A stretch of DNA of 64,000 nt. Source: Cirrosporium novae-zelandiae. Lineage: Eukaryota. A program made the translations under genes and the position numbers. The stretch lies in NCBI GenBank assembly GCA_026023565.1, contig JAPETS010000018.1, positions 248,001 through 312,000 on the forward strand, read 5' to 3'. Position 1 is the stretch's first letter. Every line of letters starts with the position of its first letter. Shown one piece after another: positions 63,587 to 64,000 of the stretch. The notes under the pieces are model-generated. The model searched no databases and was not told the origin of the DNA. It was given only the letters and a program-made list of their open reading frames with translations.

Positions 63587-64000
63587 AGAACACCGCTCAT
63601 TGTTTTTTTCACGAGGGAATCTTCTACGCCCCTCCGAGATCTCCACCGGGCCCTCTCTTGACCAACACATCACATTCCTCAACCACTTCCGATCTATCCT
63701 CCGACCAACATCCGATGGTCATTGACCTATCAACCAAAACGAAACGAAAACCGAAGACAGTTCAAATCACCCAGAACGCATTCAATAGGAAGCACAAGTT
63801 AGTCAAGTTTTTAACAACGAGAACAGCAAGCTGAGAGGGGAAAAAATAGCGATGAACAAGCATTCATTCAATATCTCCCAAAAAGATAATATCTACACCC
63901 CACCCCCCCCCCCTTTTCAATACCCAAAAAGAAGCATTAGAAAACCGGGGGGCCTACTCTACCCGGGATATACACTACACACACATGCATATATGTATAA

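Overview
Gene-dense, intron-containing chromosome segment of a filamentous ascomycete (Pezizomycotina-type GT-AG introns with CTAAC/CTGAC-like branch sites). I can support about 22 protein-coding genes. Housekeeping block 1 (1-42 kb): Doa10 (5' part), She10-like KDEL protein, Snd2, Cdc27/BimA, a secreted PLC-like phosphodiesterase, Slc1, Ecm15 (absent from the ORF track), NudE, Acc1, Cbp3, Lap2/LTA4H, an orphan ORF, Tip41, Aurora kinase, Atp23. Accessory-looking stretch (43-56.5 kb): Egh16/GAS1-like secreted protein, atypical Zn-cluster protein, cytochrome P450, sugar porter. Right end: a Sororin-like protein, Pro1 and an NDP-glucose 4,6-dehydratase. I recognised no tRNA, rRNA, transposon or CRISPR array. 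Best leads: (1) a hidden, probably spliced, AUG-less N-terminal extension of ACC1 that looks like a mitochondrial presequence; (2) a 596-aa 'hypothetical' with a KEN box, a Sororin-type C-terminus and tandem CDK-site repeats; (3) a leaky-scanning mitochondrial extension on LTA4H; (4) C-rich to G-rich synonymous switches within exons. All family calls come from motif recognition by eye, not database searches, and splice boundaries are predictions.
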